A stretch of DNA of 48,586 nucleotides from a virus (lineage: Duplodnaviria > Caudoviricetes): the IMG/VR virus record IMGVR_UViG_3300032280_000663, positions 1 to 48,586 of that record. The stretch is one strand, 5' to 3'. The notes under the pieces were generated by a model, which had not been told where the DNA came from, did not search any database, and worked only from the letters and a program-made list of their open reading frames with translations. The position numbers were made by a program, and so were the translations under genes. Positions 1-10,100 of the stretch are shown piece after piece. The number at the start of each line of letters is the position of its first letter. The first letter of the stretch is position 1.

Positions 1-1365
1 GAGCTACCATCAGATGCAATTAATCTTGCAATTGAAAAAGGTGCACCAGTAGACAAACAAAGCCTGCTGAATGAAGCACGAGCTGTAGTTGACAAAGAAA
101 ATGAAACACAACCGACTCAAACGTCAGCCGCTACAGATGTTGCTACTAGTGCAGCCGGAGCCACACAGAATCCTGCACCAGCACCTGTTAGCACAGGCAG
201 ATTGACCACTACCGAAGCCGCAACGCTGGCACAAAATACTGAGTATGGCACCAACCCTCCTGTAAAGACCTTAACAGAAACACAATCAGTCGACAACACC
301 AGAGGATTGCCGATATATTCCGAAGATGGAACGTTGTTAAACACTCGACGAAATCCAGAAACAGGAGAATTATATACTCCGTTGTCCGAGGGACGGCCGG
401 GCAGCGAGCCTGGTGCAGGTGCCAAGGGAGAAGATGGAGCCACAGCGGCCAACACAAAACAAGTGCTGGACACTGTTGGCAATAAGCCATTCCAGCCCAG
501 AGACAATGTGTTGGATCAGTATGCTAGTTATACCTACAACATTGGCTGGTACATACTGACAGTGTCACAGTACGCTGCCTTACAGAACACAGCCAAACCA
601 TCAATAAGTCAGTATAACTTGTTGATGCAAAGTGGCGGAGCACCAGAAAATGTCAGTGGAGTAAAACCTGAACTTACCGATGCGTCCGGAAGAAGGACTG
701 GATCAAGCGATCCTAGATCAACCACCTTTGTTGGCGGCGACTCAACCAGAGCAGGTCGTAATCCATTCTTTGGATTGGATTATTATCTTGACAATTTAGA
801 AATAACAAGCCTTCCAGTGGGCAAAGGCACCCTCCGAGCAAACAACGACGCTAGTATAAAGTTCACAGTCACTGAACCAGCAAACATAACATTGATCAAT
901 AATCTGTACCTGGCAGTAAAAGAACTGTATACAGATCCTGCTGTCACTGCTACGGCTGCATACTATGCATTGGTTATAAGATTTTATGGGTATGATGAAA
1001 GTGGAAAAATTGTTCAAGCTAGAAATTCAGACAACAACGACGCTGTTGTGGAAAAAATTATACCTTTTACATTGGCTAGTATTGAATTTGAGGTGTCCAA
1101 CAAGCTGGTTGAATATCAAGTCACCGGAGTTGGAGTTCCTTATAATATGGGATTCGGGTCTAATCTGGGTGTAATCAAATCAAAAATTGAACTTTCCGGT
1201 GCCACAGTAAAAGATTTACTAACCAAAGGTATTGATCCTACCACTGTATCAGCAGATGATGGAAGAGACACAACACCTACACCTCAGACGTCAACAGTGA
1301 TTGATGGAACACCCGATCAAGAAGTAGGTGGCGGAACCATCAACAGTTTAGGAGCAGGAGCATAA
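1..1365 (+). CDS. Virion/baseplate hub-like protein, N-terminal half (5'-truncated by window edge)
   Basis: Frame 1 is open from base 1 to TAA at 1363-1365, so the 202 start in the ORF track is internal. The globular core (NVLDQYASYTY...YYLDNLEI...FTVTEP...IRFYGYDE...EKIIPF) resembles jumbo-phage hub/late-control-D-like proteins, and it lies just upstream of the gp5-like spike. Confidence 0.6.
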   Translation, partial: ELPSDAINLAIEKGAPVDKQSLLNEARAVVDKENETQPTQTSAATDVATSAAGATQNPAPAPVSTGRLTTTEAATLAQNTEYGTNPPVKTLTETQSVDNTRGLPIYSEDGTLLNTRRNPETGELYTPLSEGRPGSEPGAGAKGEDGATAANTKQVLDTVGNKPFQPRDNVLDQYASYTYNIGWYILTVSQYAALQNTAKPSISQYNLLMQSGGAPENVSGVKPELTDASGRRTGSSDPRSTTFVGGDSTRAGRNPFFGLDYYLDNLEITSLPVGKGTLRANNDASIKFTVTEPANITLINNLYLAVKELYTDPAVTATAAYYALVIRFYGYDESGKIVQARNSDNNDAVVEKIIPFTLASIEFEVSNKLVEYQVTGVGVPYNMGFGSNLGVIKSKIELSGATVKDLLTKGIDPTTVSADDGRDTTPTPQTSTVIDGTPDQEVGGGTINSLGAGA

Positions 1366-1366
1366 C

Positions 1367-3238
1367 ATGGCCAACATATTATTTGATCCAGAGCGCATTG
1401 CTCAAAAAAGATTTGGTGGTGCCGGAGGGACAGCCCAGCAATCCACGCCGGAGCAGTTGGCAGCCAAGCAAGCAGTACTGGTACGAGGCTCTACACCTGC
1501 TGAACGATCAGTGGATCTTTCAACCCTGCAGACCAAGCCTACGTCGTCTACACCACCCAAGGCCAATGCTGCCCCTAGTGTAAATAAAAATATTGTACAC
1601 GGGTTGATGGAAAATCTAAATAAAAAAGAAGCAGAATTAGTAAAAGATGGAGTGTTTGAAGTTGCATGCAAGTACAGTGTAGAATTTGCCCCGTCGGCCC
1701 TGGGAGATGCTCGTGTTACTAAATTTGGCAAACCTCTCAAATCAAAAGTTCCGATGCAAGCATCTAAAAACCCATCCGACAAAGTTAATCCTGACAGCAA
1801 TTCTGCTGACTATGCTGTTAGAACACAGTCCTTTGATGCTGGCACACCAATATTGGTGATAATGGATGAAATATTAAAAAACAGCACATACATTGCTGAC
1901 CAGGCCAAGTATATTAACGATGAAGTAACCAAGGAAGTAAAACCACAAAAGCCATTGGGAAATTTAGTATGGTATAAAATTTCTGTAGGAGCCCTGGCCA
2001 TAGAGCCATTTGATAAAAAACGCAATGCGTATGCGCAGGATATCAAATATGTAATTTCTGCGTACCCCATAAACAGTATGGTCAGCGAATATTTTCCAGA
2101 ATGTAATGTGCGCGGCCGCCATAAAAGTTACAAATATTGGTTCACTGGAGAAAACACACAGGTGTTATCATTTGCACAAAAATTCAACAGTTTATATCAA
2201 CAAACATTTACCAATCCAAAGATATTAGCAGATGAGCGGAAAGCTGCTCAAACTCTAATAAGTCCTCCCCGCGAGTTTCAGTCCGCAGTGTCTAGCAGCA
2301 ACCTCCAGGGCGCCGAAGCTCAGGCCAATGCACCCGGTGCCTCCGCCGCTGATTGGTTGTATAATAAATCTGATCTTTCCACGTGTGAGGTAACCATTGT
2401 TGGTGATCCTGCTTGGTTACAGCAGGGCGAACTGGCTCACTCTCTTAATGCATCCAGTTTTAATTTCAATCCGTTTAATCCAGATGGCACCATTAACTAT
2501 GACGCACAAGAAATAATTTTTGATCTACAATGGAATCCCGGCGTGGACTATGACCTAACCGGCACTGGGTTGGCCAGGCCCACTGTGTCAGGAAACCACC
2601 AGGCAGTCTGGACCTACAAAGCCACTCAAGTGGTCAGTAAATTCAGTAGAGGCAAGTTCACACAGAATCTTACTGGCACTTTTGTTACACTAGTTGACCT
2701 TACCACAAAGCCTGCTGCCACAACTGCCACAACTGCTACCCAAGCAGATGTACGACGCATAGATAATGCCACAGATGCAGGCGTGCGCCCAGCAACACTG
2801 CAAAAATCTCCTGACTTTGCCAACACCGGTGGCGGCGCAGCCACCGGTAATCCCATCATAGCACAAGGCACACAATTGGGTAATCCTAATATTAGTCCTG
2901 GCAGTCTGCGTGACCGTGCCGCACAGGCCAATGCTGCCAGAGCAACATTGACCAATCCTCCACAAACGGTCAATCCAACCGCAGTACAGGTTGAATCAAC
3001 ACCGGCTTATCAAAACGCAGTAAGTGCAGGAGCAACTCCGGCCGAAGCAACAAGTATATCACAGCAAAGTCTAGGTGCCAACGGTGCTGGTGTTAGCACA
3101 GCACCAATTGAATCAACTGTTGCTTATCAAAATGCAATAGCCGCAGGGGCAAACCCGCAAGAGGCTGTGGGCATAGCACAACGAAGCATTGGCGCCGGCA
3201 GCGATACTCCAGTACAAAAAATTAATAGAGAAACATAA
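1367..3238 (+). CDS. Baseplate hub-like protein, C-terminal half (gpD/gp27-like), with low-complexity tail
   Basis: 623-aa ORF with AGGAG at 1356-1360 before the ATG. It contains KSYKYWFTGENT, VTIVGDPAW and Y..TQVVSKFSRGKFTQNL, typical of the C-terminal barrel of hub proteins. TAATG overlap with the spike gene. Confidence 0.6.
   Translation: MANILFDPERIAQKRFGGAGGTAQQSTPEQLAAKQAVLVRGSTPAERSVDLSTLQTKPTSSTPPKANAAPSVNKNIVHGLMENLNKKEAELVKDGVFEVACKYSVEFAPSALGDARVTKFGKPLKSKVPMQASKNPSDKVNPDSNSADYAVRTQSFDAGTPILVIMDEILKNSTYIADQAKYINDEVTKEVKPQKPLGNLVWYKISVGALAIEPFDKKRNAYAQDIKYVISAYPINSMVSEYFPECNVRGRHKSYKYWFTGENTQVLSFAQKFNSLYQQTFTNPKILADERKAAQTLISPPREFQSAVSSSNLQGAEAQANAPGASAADWLYNKSDLSTCEVTIVGDPAWLQQGELAHSLNASSFNFNPFNPDGTINYDAQEIIFDLQWNPGVDYDLTGTGLARPTVSGNHQAVWTYKATQVVSKFSRGKFTQNLTGTFVTLVDLTTKPAATTATTATQADVRRIDNATDAGVRPATLQKSPDFANTGGGAATGNPIIAQGTQLGNPNISPGSLRDRAAQANAARATLTNPPQTVNPTAVQVESTPAYQNAVSAGATPAEATSISQQSLGANGAGVSTAPIESTVAYQNAIAAGANPQEAVGIAQRSIGAGSDTPVQKINRET
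2990..3202 (+). repeat. Two-copy ~39-aa protein repeat
   Basis: VESTPAYQNAVSAGATPAEATSISQQSLGA versus IESTVAYQNAIAAGANPQEAVGIAQRSIGA. Confidence 0.85.
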
Positions 3239-4764
3239 TGTCAGATAATATTATTAGATCCGGCGGCGTTGCCCAAAATTACAAACTTGATCGTGGTGGA
3301 GTGGTTTCGCAGTTTGGACCATTTGTTGGCATAGTAAAAAACAACGTTGATCCTACCAGACAAGGTCGTTTACAAGTGTACATTGAGCAGTTTGCCAGCG
3401 GCGATCCCAATGACAAAACACTGTGGACCACAGTCAGTTATTGTCCGCCATTCTACGGAGCAACACCGCCATTGCCCGGCAAAAAAGGTGACACTGACAG
3501 TACCGGCGGCTACCTCGATGGCAATCCACAAAGTTATGGCATGTGGTTTACTCCGCCTGACCTGGGAGTCAGTGTGTTGTGTGTGTTTGCCGGAGGAGAT
3601 CCCAGCTCTGGATATTACATTGGGTGTATTCCAGATCAAGGCATGATGCACATGATTCCGGCCATTGGATCAAGCAAAGCATTTGACCTACAAAATAGTG
3701 ATCAAAAAAGCTATTACAACGGTGCTACTGTGTTGCCAGTGACAGAAATCAATCCAAATAATAAAAAGATCGACGATAACCCACAGTTCTTTAATCAGCC
3801 AAAGCCTGTGCATAGTTTTATAGCCGCTGAAATGTTTCAGCAAGGCACACTGGCTGACCCTCAGCGCGGTCCAATTGGATCAACCAGTCAGCGTGAAAGT
3901 CCCAGTGCTGTGTTTGGAATAAGCACACCGGGTCGTGCAGTGTATCAAGGCGGCCTAACAGAATCTGACATTAAAGCTCGCATCACAGCCAAGACAATTT
4001 CTGCCACGGATGTAAGTGTGATTGGTCGCAAAGGTGGACACAGTATTGTGCTGGATGATGGAAACTTAGAAGGCAAAGACAATCTTGTACGAATACGCAC
4101 AGCTGGTGGCCATCAGATCACCATGAGTGACGACGGCAACTTCTTTTACATCATACACGCAAACGGTCAAGCATGGGTAGAGTTTGGACAAGAAGGCACA
4201 TTGGATGTGTATGCCACAAATTCAGTCAATGTTCGTACACAAGGCACCATCAATCTGCATGCAGACAAAGATATTAACATGTTTGCCGGTGGCACAATTA
4301 ACATGAAAAGTATGCTGGGTACTACAATTGAAACTGAAAAAAAGCTAACTGTATCCAGCACAGACGAAATGACTCTGTTCAGCAAGGCTCGTATTGCTGT
4401 GCGGGCCGACGGCAGCTTGGCCATAGTCAGCAACAAAGGATCCTGGAATGCCGGCAGCGCCATGGTACTGCAAGCCGGCGGCATTGATCTCAATGGTGGA
4501 TCTGCTGAAAATGTAGAACCACCCGTTAAATTAGAAAAACGTGTGATGCCGGACACAGAATTTAACAATGCCACAGGCTGGCAAATTGCCACCACTGGAT
4601 TAGAAAGTATTGTGACACGGGCCCCAACACACGAACCTTGGCCATTCCACAATCAAGGTGTCAATGTTGAAATACCAATGGAAGAAGGTCAACCATCTAC
4701 CCCGCCCAACACTCCGGCAATACCGTCGGGATGGTCCGGATCAGTGGCAGGTGAAAGCACATAA
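3238..4764 (+). CDS. Baseplate central spike, T4 gp5/VgrG-like (OB-fold plus beta-helix)
   Basis: OB-fold motifs GIVKNNVDPTRQGRLQV and SYGMWFTPPDLG.SVLCVF. Also RIRTAGGHQITMSD, beta-helix-like repeats (SVNVRTQGTINLHADKDINMFAGGTINMKS) and a C-terminal APTHEPWPFH. Confidence 0.85.
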   Translation: MSDNIIRSGGVAQNYKLDRGGVVSQFGPFVGIVKNNVDPTRQGRLQVYIEQFASGDPNDKTLWTTVSYCPPFYGATPPLPGKKGDTDSTGGYLDGNPQSYGMWFTPPDLGVSVLCVFAGGDPSSGYYIGCIPDQGMMHMIPAIGSSKAFDLQNSDQKSYYNGATVLPVTEINPNNKKIDDNPQFFNQPKPVHSFIAAEMFQQGTLADPQRGPIGSTSQRESPSAVFGISTPGRAVYQGGLTESDIKARITAKTISATDVSVIGRKGGHSIVLDDGNLEGKDNLVRIRTAGGHQITMSDDGNFFYIIHANGQAWVEFGQEGTLDVYATNSVNVRTQGTINLHADKDINMFAGGTINMKSMLGTTIETEKKLTVSSTDEMTLFSKARIAVRADGSLAIVSNKGSWNAGSAMVLQAGGIDLNGGSAENVEPPVKLEKRVMPDTEFNNATGWQIATTGLESIVTRAPTHEPWPFHNQGVNVEIPMEEGQPSTPPNTPAIPSGWSGSVAGEST

Positions 4765-5306
4765 TGGCTAAGTTTACATTTGCATTGCCAAACGGGCAGT
4801 TGTTTGTGTTGGATGGACCTGCTGGTGCCACCATTGAACAAGCAGAAAAAATCTATCTCGAGCAGTTGGCTGCCGGGGCGTTTGTTGGATTGAGGTCCGG
4901 GGACCAATTGCAGCCACTTGAAAGCACCTTGATACAATTTAGTCAATCGCGACTTGATCGAGGAACAGCTGGTGTTCCAGACATTCCACTGTTGGCAATT
5001 TATAATGGCGGTGCACTTGGGGCTAACCAAACAATTATATCTTCGTTGCCGGTGCTGACAGATGTGCCAATCAACAACGGCATTACTGTGGCTGACTATG
5101 TGGATCAAACAACCGTGACCGAAGGCATTGGTCCACTGTCAACATCACAGGTGCAGGCCGTAATGGCTGCCATTGCTGCCAGTGTGTGTCAACCTGCTGA
5201 CGTTGTGACTGATGAACTTGGCGTCGGCAAGTATGGATTCAGCGCACAACAATTAGAAGATGCCGGCTATTTAAAATGCGGTACTGCCGCTAGATTTTTA
5301 GGATAA
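4764..5306 (+). CDS. Virion-associated protein; C-terminus carries first half of a lysozyme-like domain
   Basis: 180-aa ORF coupled by TAATG. It ends in LGVGKYGFSAQQLEDAGYLK, resembling the GKYQF...L...GY motif of phage/bacterial lysozyme-like domains. Confidence 0.55.
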   Translation: MAKFTFALPNGQLFVLDGPAGATIEQAEKIYLEQLAAGAFVGLRSGDQLQPLESTLIQFSQSRLDRGTAGVPDIPLLAIYNGGALGANQTIISSLPVLTDVPINNGITVADYVDQTTVTEGIGPLSTSQVQAVMAAIAASVCQPADVVTDELGVGKYGFSAQQLEDAGYLKCGTAARFLG

Positions 5307-5311
5307 ACGGA

Positions 5312-6670
5312 ATGATTGGATTAACTGATGTATTGAAAAGTCCCAGCGTATGGACCGGCAAAGATGGAGTAACTGGAATAACAGACCTGTTAAAAAGTCC
5401 ACCACTGCAAGACAAAATACAACTGGGGTTGATGAAGACTGGGTTTGATACCTTGGTCAAAACAGGACAAATTATAACTCCCGGCACAGATTTAAAAGCG
5501 CCCACTGGGCAATTGTATGATGCCGCAGCCAATGCAGGAAAAAGCCTAATATCGGCCAGTGCTGGACTAGTGGCAGCACCAAAAGCCTTGAGCAGTTTGC
5601 CTACAAATGCACTGTCAGACATTGGTGGATTAGCCGGTGGTGCCTTGAGCAAGGTGAGTGGATTGGCAAGTGGTGCTCTGGGCGGACTAGGTGGATTGGC
5701 AAGTGGCGCCACTGGAGCATTGTCTGGTGCCACCGGAGCACTGTCTGGAGCCGTTGGCAGTTTAACAAGCGGCGCCGGTCTTGGCGGATTAGCAGGCAGT
5801 ATCACTGGCAACCTAGGCAGTGTGTCAGAATTGGCCAATAAAGGCACAGCACAACTTGGCGGACTCTTGGCCAATGCTGGTAAATTTGGAGTAGACAATG
5901 CTGTGTCCTGGGCCAAAGGATCCACAGGTGCCACAGGTGCAATTGCCGGGATTACTGGATCGCTGACTGGCGCTGCCGCAGGTGCAGCCGGCGCACTGTC
6001 TGGCGCTGCCAGCAATTTAACATCTGGATTAAAAACTCAAATGGATTCGCTGGCCAAACAAGGCCAGTTTGCAGTCAACTTCAGCGACTTTAAGTTGCCG
6101 GCTGCTGTGGCAGGAATTGTGCCGGCCGCCGGGTTCAAAGGAACAGTGGATAGGTCTACACTAAATGCCGCAACTGCTAAACTGGTTGGCAGTGATAAAA
6201 TAGCGTTGCCTAATTTTAGTCCTCAGGCTGTTGACACGTCTGCATTGACTGATGCTGCCAGCAAAGCCAAAGGCCTGTTGTCTGGTGGACTAGACGCAGG
6301 CGGATTATTATCCAAAGCCAAAGGTGCATTGGGTGCTGCCAGTGGTGGATTGGGTGCGCTGGGCGGGTTGGCCGCAGGTGCATTGGGAGCTGCCACTGGT
6401 GGATTGGGTAGCCTAGCAGGAAGCCTGTCAGGTGCATTGGGTGCTGCCGGCGGCGGGTTAGGTGCATTGGCTTCGAGTACTGATTCAATAACACGTGGCA
6501 GAGTAGGATTAAATCCAGACCCGGGCGCTGCCAGGTTTGCTGACGCAAGTAAAGCCCTGGCATTGCAAGAAGAATACGAAAAACTAATAGCCAAGGTTGG
6601 CAGAACTGATCCTGCGGCCCAGGCACTGTTGGCAGAAATACGGGCACTGTTGGCCAACGCAACTGTGTAA
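5312..6670 (+). CDS. Gly/Ala/Leu/Ser-rich virion protein; N-terminus carries second half of the lysozyme-like domain
   Basis: 452 aa. It starts with SVWTGKDGVTGITDLLKSPPLQDKIQ (W.GK.G...L.....Q motif), followed by long glycine-zipper-like repeats. Confidence 0.6.
   Translation: MIGLTDVLKSPSVWTGKDGVTGITDLLKSPPLQDKIQLGLMKTGFDTLVKTGQIITPGTDLKAPTGQLYDAAANAGKSLISASAGLVAAPKALSSLPTNALSDIGGLAGGALSKVSGLASGALGGLGGLASGATGALSGATGALSGAVGSLTSGAGLGGLAGSITGNLGSVSELANKGTAQLGGLLANAGKFGVDNAVSWAKGSTGATGAIAGITGSLTGAAAGAAGALSGAASNLTSGLKTQMDSLAKQGQFAVNFSDFKLPAAVAGIVPAAGFKGTVDRSTLNAATAKLVGSDKIALPNFSPQAVDTSALTDAASKAKGLLSGGLDAGGLLSKAKGALGAASGGLGALGGLAAGALGAATGGLGSLAGSLSGALGAAGGGLGALASSTDSITRGRVGLNPDPGAARFADASKALALQEEYEKLIAKVGRTDPAAQALLAEIRALLANATV
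6323..6475 (+). repeat. 54-bp (18-aa) tandem repeat, about 3 copies, in-frame
   Basis: GGTGCATTGGG(T/A)GCTGCC occurs at 6323, 6377 and 6431. Protein: GALGAASGGLGALGGLAA / GALGAATGGLGSLAGSLS / GALGAAGGGLGALAS. Confidence 0.85.
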
Positions 6671-6673
6671 TAA

Positions 6674-6681
6674 GATAAGTA
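6674..6681 (+). promoter_or_regulatory. Possible late-promoter variant (GATAAGTA)
   Basis: TATAAATA-like octamer in the 15-nt gap, ending 4 nt before the ATG at 6686; no Shine-Dalgarno. Confidence 0.35.
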
Positions 6682-6685
6682 CAGT

Positions 6686-7060
6686 ATGACAACATTTATT
6701 GGATTTAACACCATTGGGCAAACAAAAAAGTTCACGCTGGTAGACTTTGAGTTGGTCAAGCGAGACCTGTTGAATGCATTCAACATACAGCAAGGACAAC
6801 TGGTGGGTCGCCCCGGCTACGGCACAATAATCTGGAGTTATCTGTTTGAAAATCAAACCCAAGACACTGAACGAGCTATACTGGCAGAAATAAATCGTGT
6901 GGCCAGTTTAGATCCAAGAATCTATATTGAATCTGCAGAATTATTCCCACAAGACAATGGTATACTTGTACAAATTGCACTGACAATGGTGCCAGGCCAA
7001 ACAACACAGTTTTTAACACTGTATTTTGACCAACAAACTCGTACAGCCGGTTACGCTTAA
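6686..7060 (+). CDS. Baseplate wedge protein, T4 gp25/IraD-like
   Basis: 124 aa with LVKRDLLNAFNIQQG...PGYGTIIWSYLFE and DPRI, the canonical gp25-family pattern. It lies between the gp5-like and gp6-like genes. Confidence 0.85.
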   Translation: MTTFIGFNTIGQTKKFTLVDFELVKRDLLNAFNIQQGQLVGRPGYGTIIWSYLFENQTQDTERAILAEINRVASLDPRIYIESAELFPQDNGILVQIALTMVPGQTTQFLTLYFDQQTRTAGYA

Positions 7061-7086
7061 ACATAAACTGGGTGGTTTATTTTCGC

Positions 7087-7094
7087 CATAAATA
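7087..7094 (+). promoter_or_regulatory. T4-type late promoter-like CATAAATA
   Basis: 7/8 match to TATAAATA in the intergenic region before the wedge gene. It is preceded by the inverted repeat ATAAAC-n6-GTTTAT (7063-7080). Confidence 0.55.
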
Positions 7095-7113
7095 ACCTAC
7101 AAGATGGATTATT

Positions 7114-10100
7114 ATGGCAAAAACTACTAGACAAACCACGGTATTTGGAGTTGAAGATTGGAAAAGAATCTACCAGACCTACCGCGAAGCCGACTTCCAA
7201 AGTTATGATTTTGAAACTCTGCGCAAGAGTTTTGTTGATTACATACGACTGTATTACCCAGAAACATTTAACGACTACATCGAGTCAAGCGAATTTATTG
7301 CCTTACTAGACGTAATGGCATTTATGGGTCAGTCGTTGGCCTTCCGCACAGACCTAAACACTCGCGAAAACTATTTAGACACTGCTGAACGCAGAGACAG
7401 TGTGGTCAAACTGGCCAACCTGGTTGGTTACACGCCCAAGCGCAACACTGAATCATCGGGATACCTTAAAGTATTTTCAATTCAAACCACAGAAAATATT
7501 GTAGACTACAACGGCATCAACCTGGCCAACATCACTGTTAACTGGGCTGACCCAACCAACTTTGATTGGCAAGAACAATTTGCCGCTATCTTAAATGCCA
7601 CGCTGGTTGACACACAACGTTATGGCCGGCCAGGAAACAGAACCACCATTAACGGAATTCGCACAGACGAATACACAATTAATTTACTGCCGGGCTTTTT
7701 GCCAGTGGTACCTTACAGTGCTGTGATTGACGGTGTCAATATGCCGTTTGAAGCTGTCAGTAGCACGGCCACAGGACGTGGTTACGTGTACGAACCTAGT
7801 CCACGCCCTAATGGACAATTTAATGTGTTGTTCCGCAATGATCAACTGGGGTTTGCTTCCGCCAATACTGGATTCTTCTTCTTGTTCAAACAAGGTGTGC
7901 TACAAAATCAAGACTTTAACCTGCCAGAACGCATTGCCAATCGTGCAGTGAACATCAACATTGAAGGCATCAACAACACTGATCGCTGGTTGTATCAATT
8001 GACCACAGTTGGTTCTATTGCTCGTGAATGGGAGTTTGTTGAAAGTGTGTACACTGCTGCCGCTGAACAGCTGACAACACTGCGTCCGATCTATTCAGTG
8101 TCCAGTAGAGCCAATGATCAAATCACTCTGAATTTTGGAGACGGCGTGTTTTCCGAAATTCCAGTTGGACTATTCCGGGCCTATGTTCGTGCAAGCAATG
8201 GATTGCAGTACATTATCAATCCAGAAGAAATGCAGAACGTACTGTTGAGTATCAGCTATGTCAGTCGGTCTGGACAACTCGAAACTCTCACAATGACCTG
8301 TGGTATCACAGAGCCGGTGAGTAATGCCTTGGCTCGTGAAACAATAGATGAAATCAAGCAACGTGCTCCAGCACGTTATTACACACAGAATCGCATGGTC
8401 AACGGAGAAGACTATAATAACTTTCCGTTCACTGCTTATAATTCAATTATCAAAAGCAAAGCATTGAACCGTGCGTCAATTGGCACAAGCCGATATCTTG
8501 ATCTAGTAGACAACACTGGAAAATATTCTTCCACAAATACATTTGCCAGCGACGGTGCTTTGTACGAATACAATGTGTTGCCAACGTTTTTGTTTACTTG
8601 GCTGACAACCAACGAAATCAGTGATGTCATTACCAATCAAGTTGAAACACGGTTGACAGGCGATGCTGCCAAACAATTTTACTATGCTAACTATCCGCGT
8701 CCGTCGCTGTCTGCACTGGCAGTGAGTTGGAATCAAAGCACAACATTGGCCAACGAAACCACGGGCTATTTTAAAAATTCAGCTGGCACGCCTGTTTCTC
8801 TTGGTATCTACGCCAGCAACAACATGAAATATGTTCAGACTGGTAGTTTAATTAAATTTGTACCTCCGGCTGGATATTATTTTGATTCTAATAATAAATT
8901 AGCATCAGGTGTTCCTACCGGGCCAGACGAAAAATTAATAATCTGGGCCGCAGCCACTGCCATTTATGTTGACGGAACAAACCAAGGCGCAGGCAATTTC
9001 AGCAATGGTCTTGGTCCAGTGGTTCTTAACAATTACGTGCCCACTGGAGCAGTATGCAGCCAAGTTATTCCGCTGTTTATAACAGACCTAGGAACAGATG
9101 TGCGCAACAGCGCAACAGCACAGATTGAGCTGTTTCGTAATTTTGGACTGGGCTACGATAACTTAACCAGCACATGGTACTTGATCACATCCAACAATCT
9201 TGCAGTGGATGCACCTTGGAGTCAAACATATGCTGAAGATACATCTGGTACAAATTTAGATGCCAGTTGGTTTGTGCAATTTGTCACTGACGGAGAATCA
9301 TACACTGTTACTACTCGAGCATTGAACTATTACTTTGGTAGTGTGCTACAAACCAGATTTTTCTTCTATGGCGACGAGCAAATTTACGACAGTCGCACCG
9401 GCACAACTATTCGTGATTTTGTCAAAGTTTTAAAAACCAACAGCAGACCTGATTCAAATTTACCATTGGAAACTGATGTCACCATGCGTATTGTTGACCA
9501 GCCAATCCAGCCCGACGGTTATGTTGATGATTATCAAGTACTGGTATCTTGGCAAGACAGTGATGCCGACGGCGTGCCCGACGATCCAGATTTCTTTGAC
9601 ACAATTGTTGCACCCACCGTGAATTCAACTACTAAACGTGTGTTCTTTCAGCAGGTAGTGGATTTTGATAACCTGGAAAGATATCTGTTGGTTGAACCGG
9701 GTGTTGTCAACGATCAGTATTCTACACTTGAAGATATTGAAGTAGAAAAAGCGCAATATGTTGTTGGACAAGTATTTTACGCCTATGGTGTTTTTAACAG
9801 CACAACAAACACCTACACCATTGACCCGGTATTTTATGTGTTGGCATTGACCACCACTGGAACAACTGAATTGGTATCAACCACTGAGTATATCACTCGA
9901 GTCGGACGACAAGGATTGTATTTCCAATACAGACACAACAGTCCGTTGACCAACCGCATTGATCCCGGCACAGCCAACATCATTGACGTGTATGTAGTTA
10001 CTCAGGCATATTATACAGCCTATAGAAATTATATTGTTGACTCTACTGGAACCATACCAAAACCAGACACTCCGTCTATAGACACCCTGAGTGCTGAGTA

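Noticed and set aside
6323-6475. Regularly spaced repeats as a possible CRISPR array
   Set aside because: The repeats are in-frame, degenerate at codon third positions, and the 'spacers' are similar to one another. This is a coding repeat.
5290-6786. Long minus-strand ORFs (5290-6015, 6216-6695, 6223-6786)
   Set aside because: They are antisense shadows of the Gly/Ala-rich repeat gene, with Pro/Ala low-complexity translations and no start signals.
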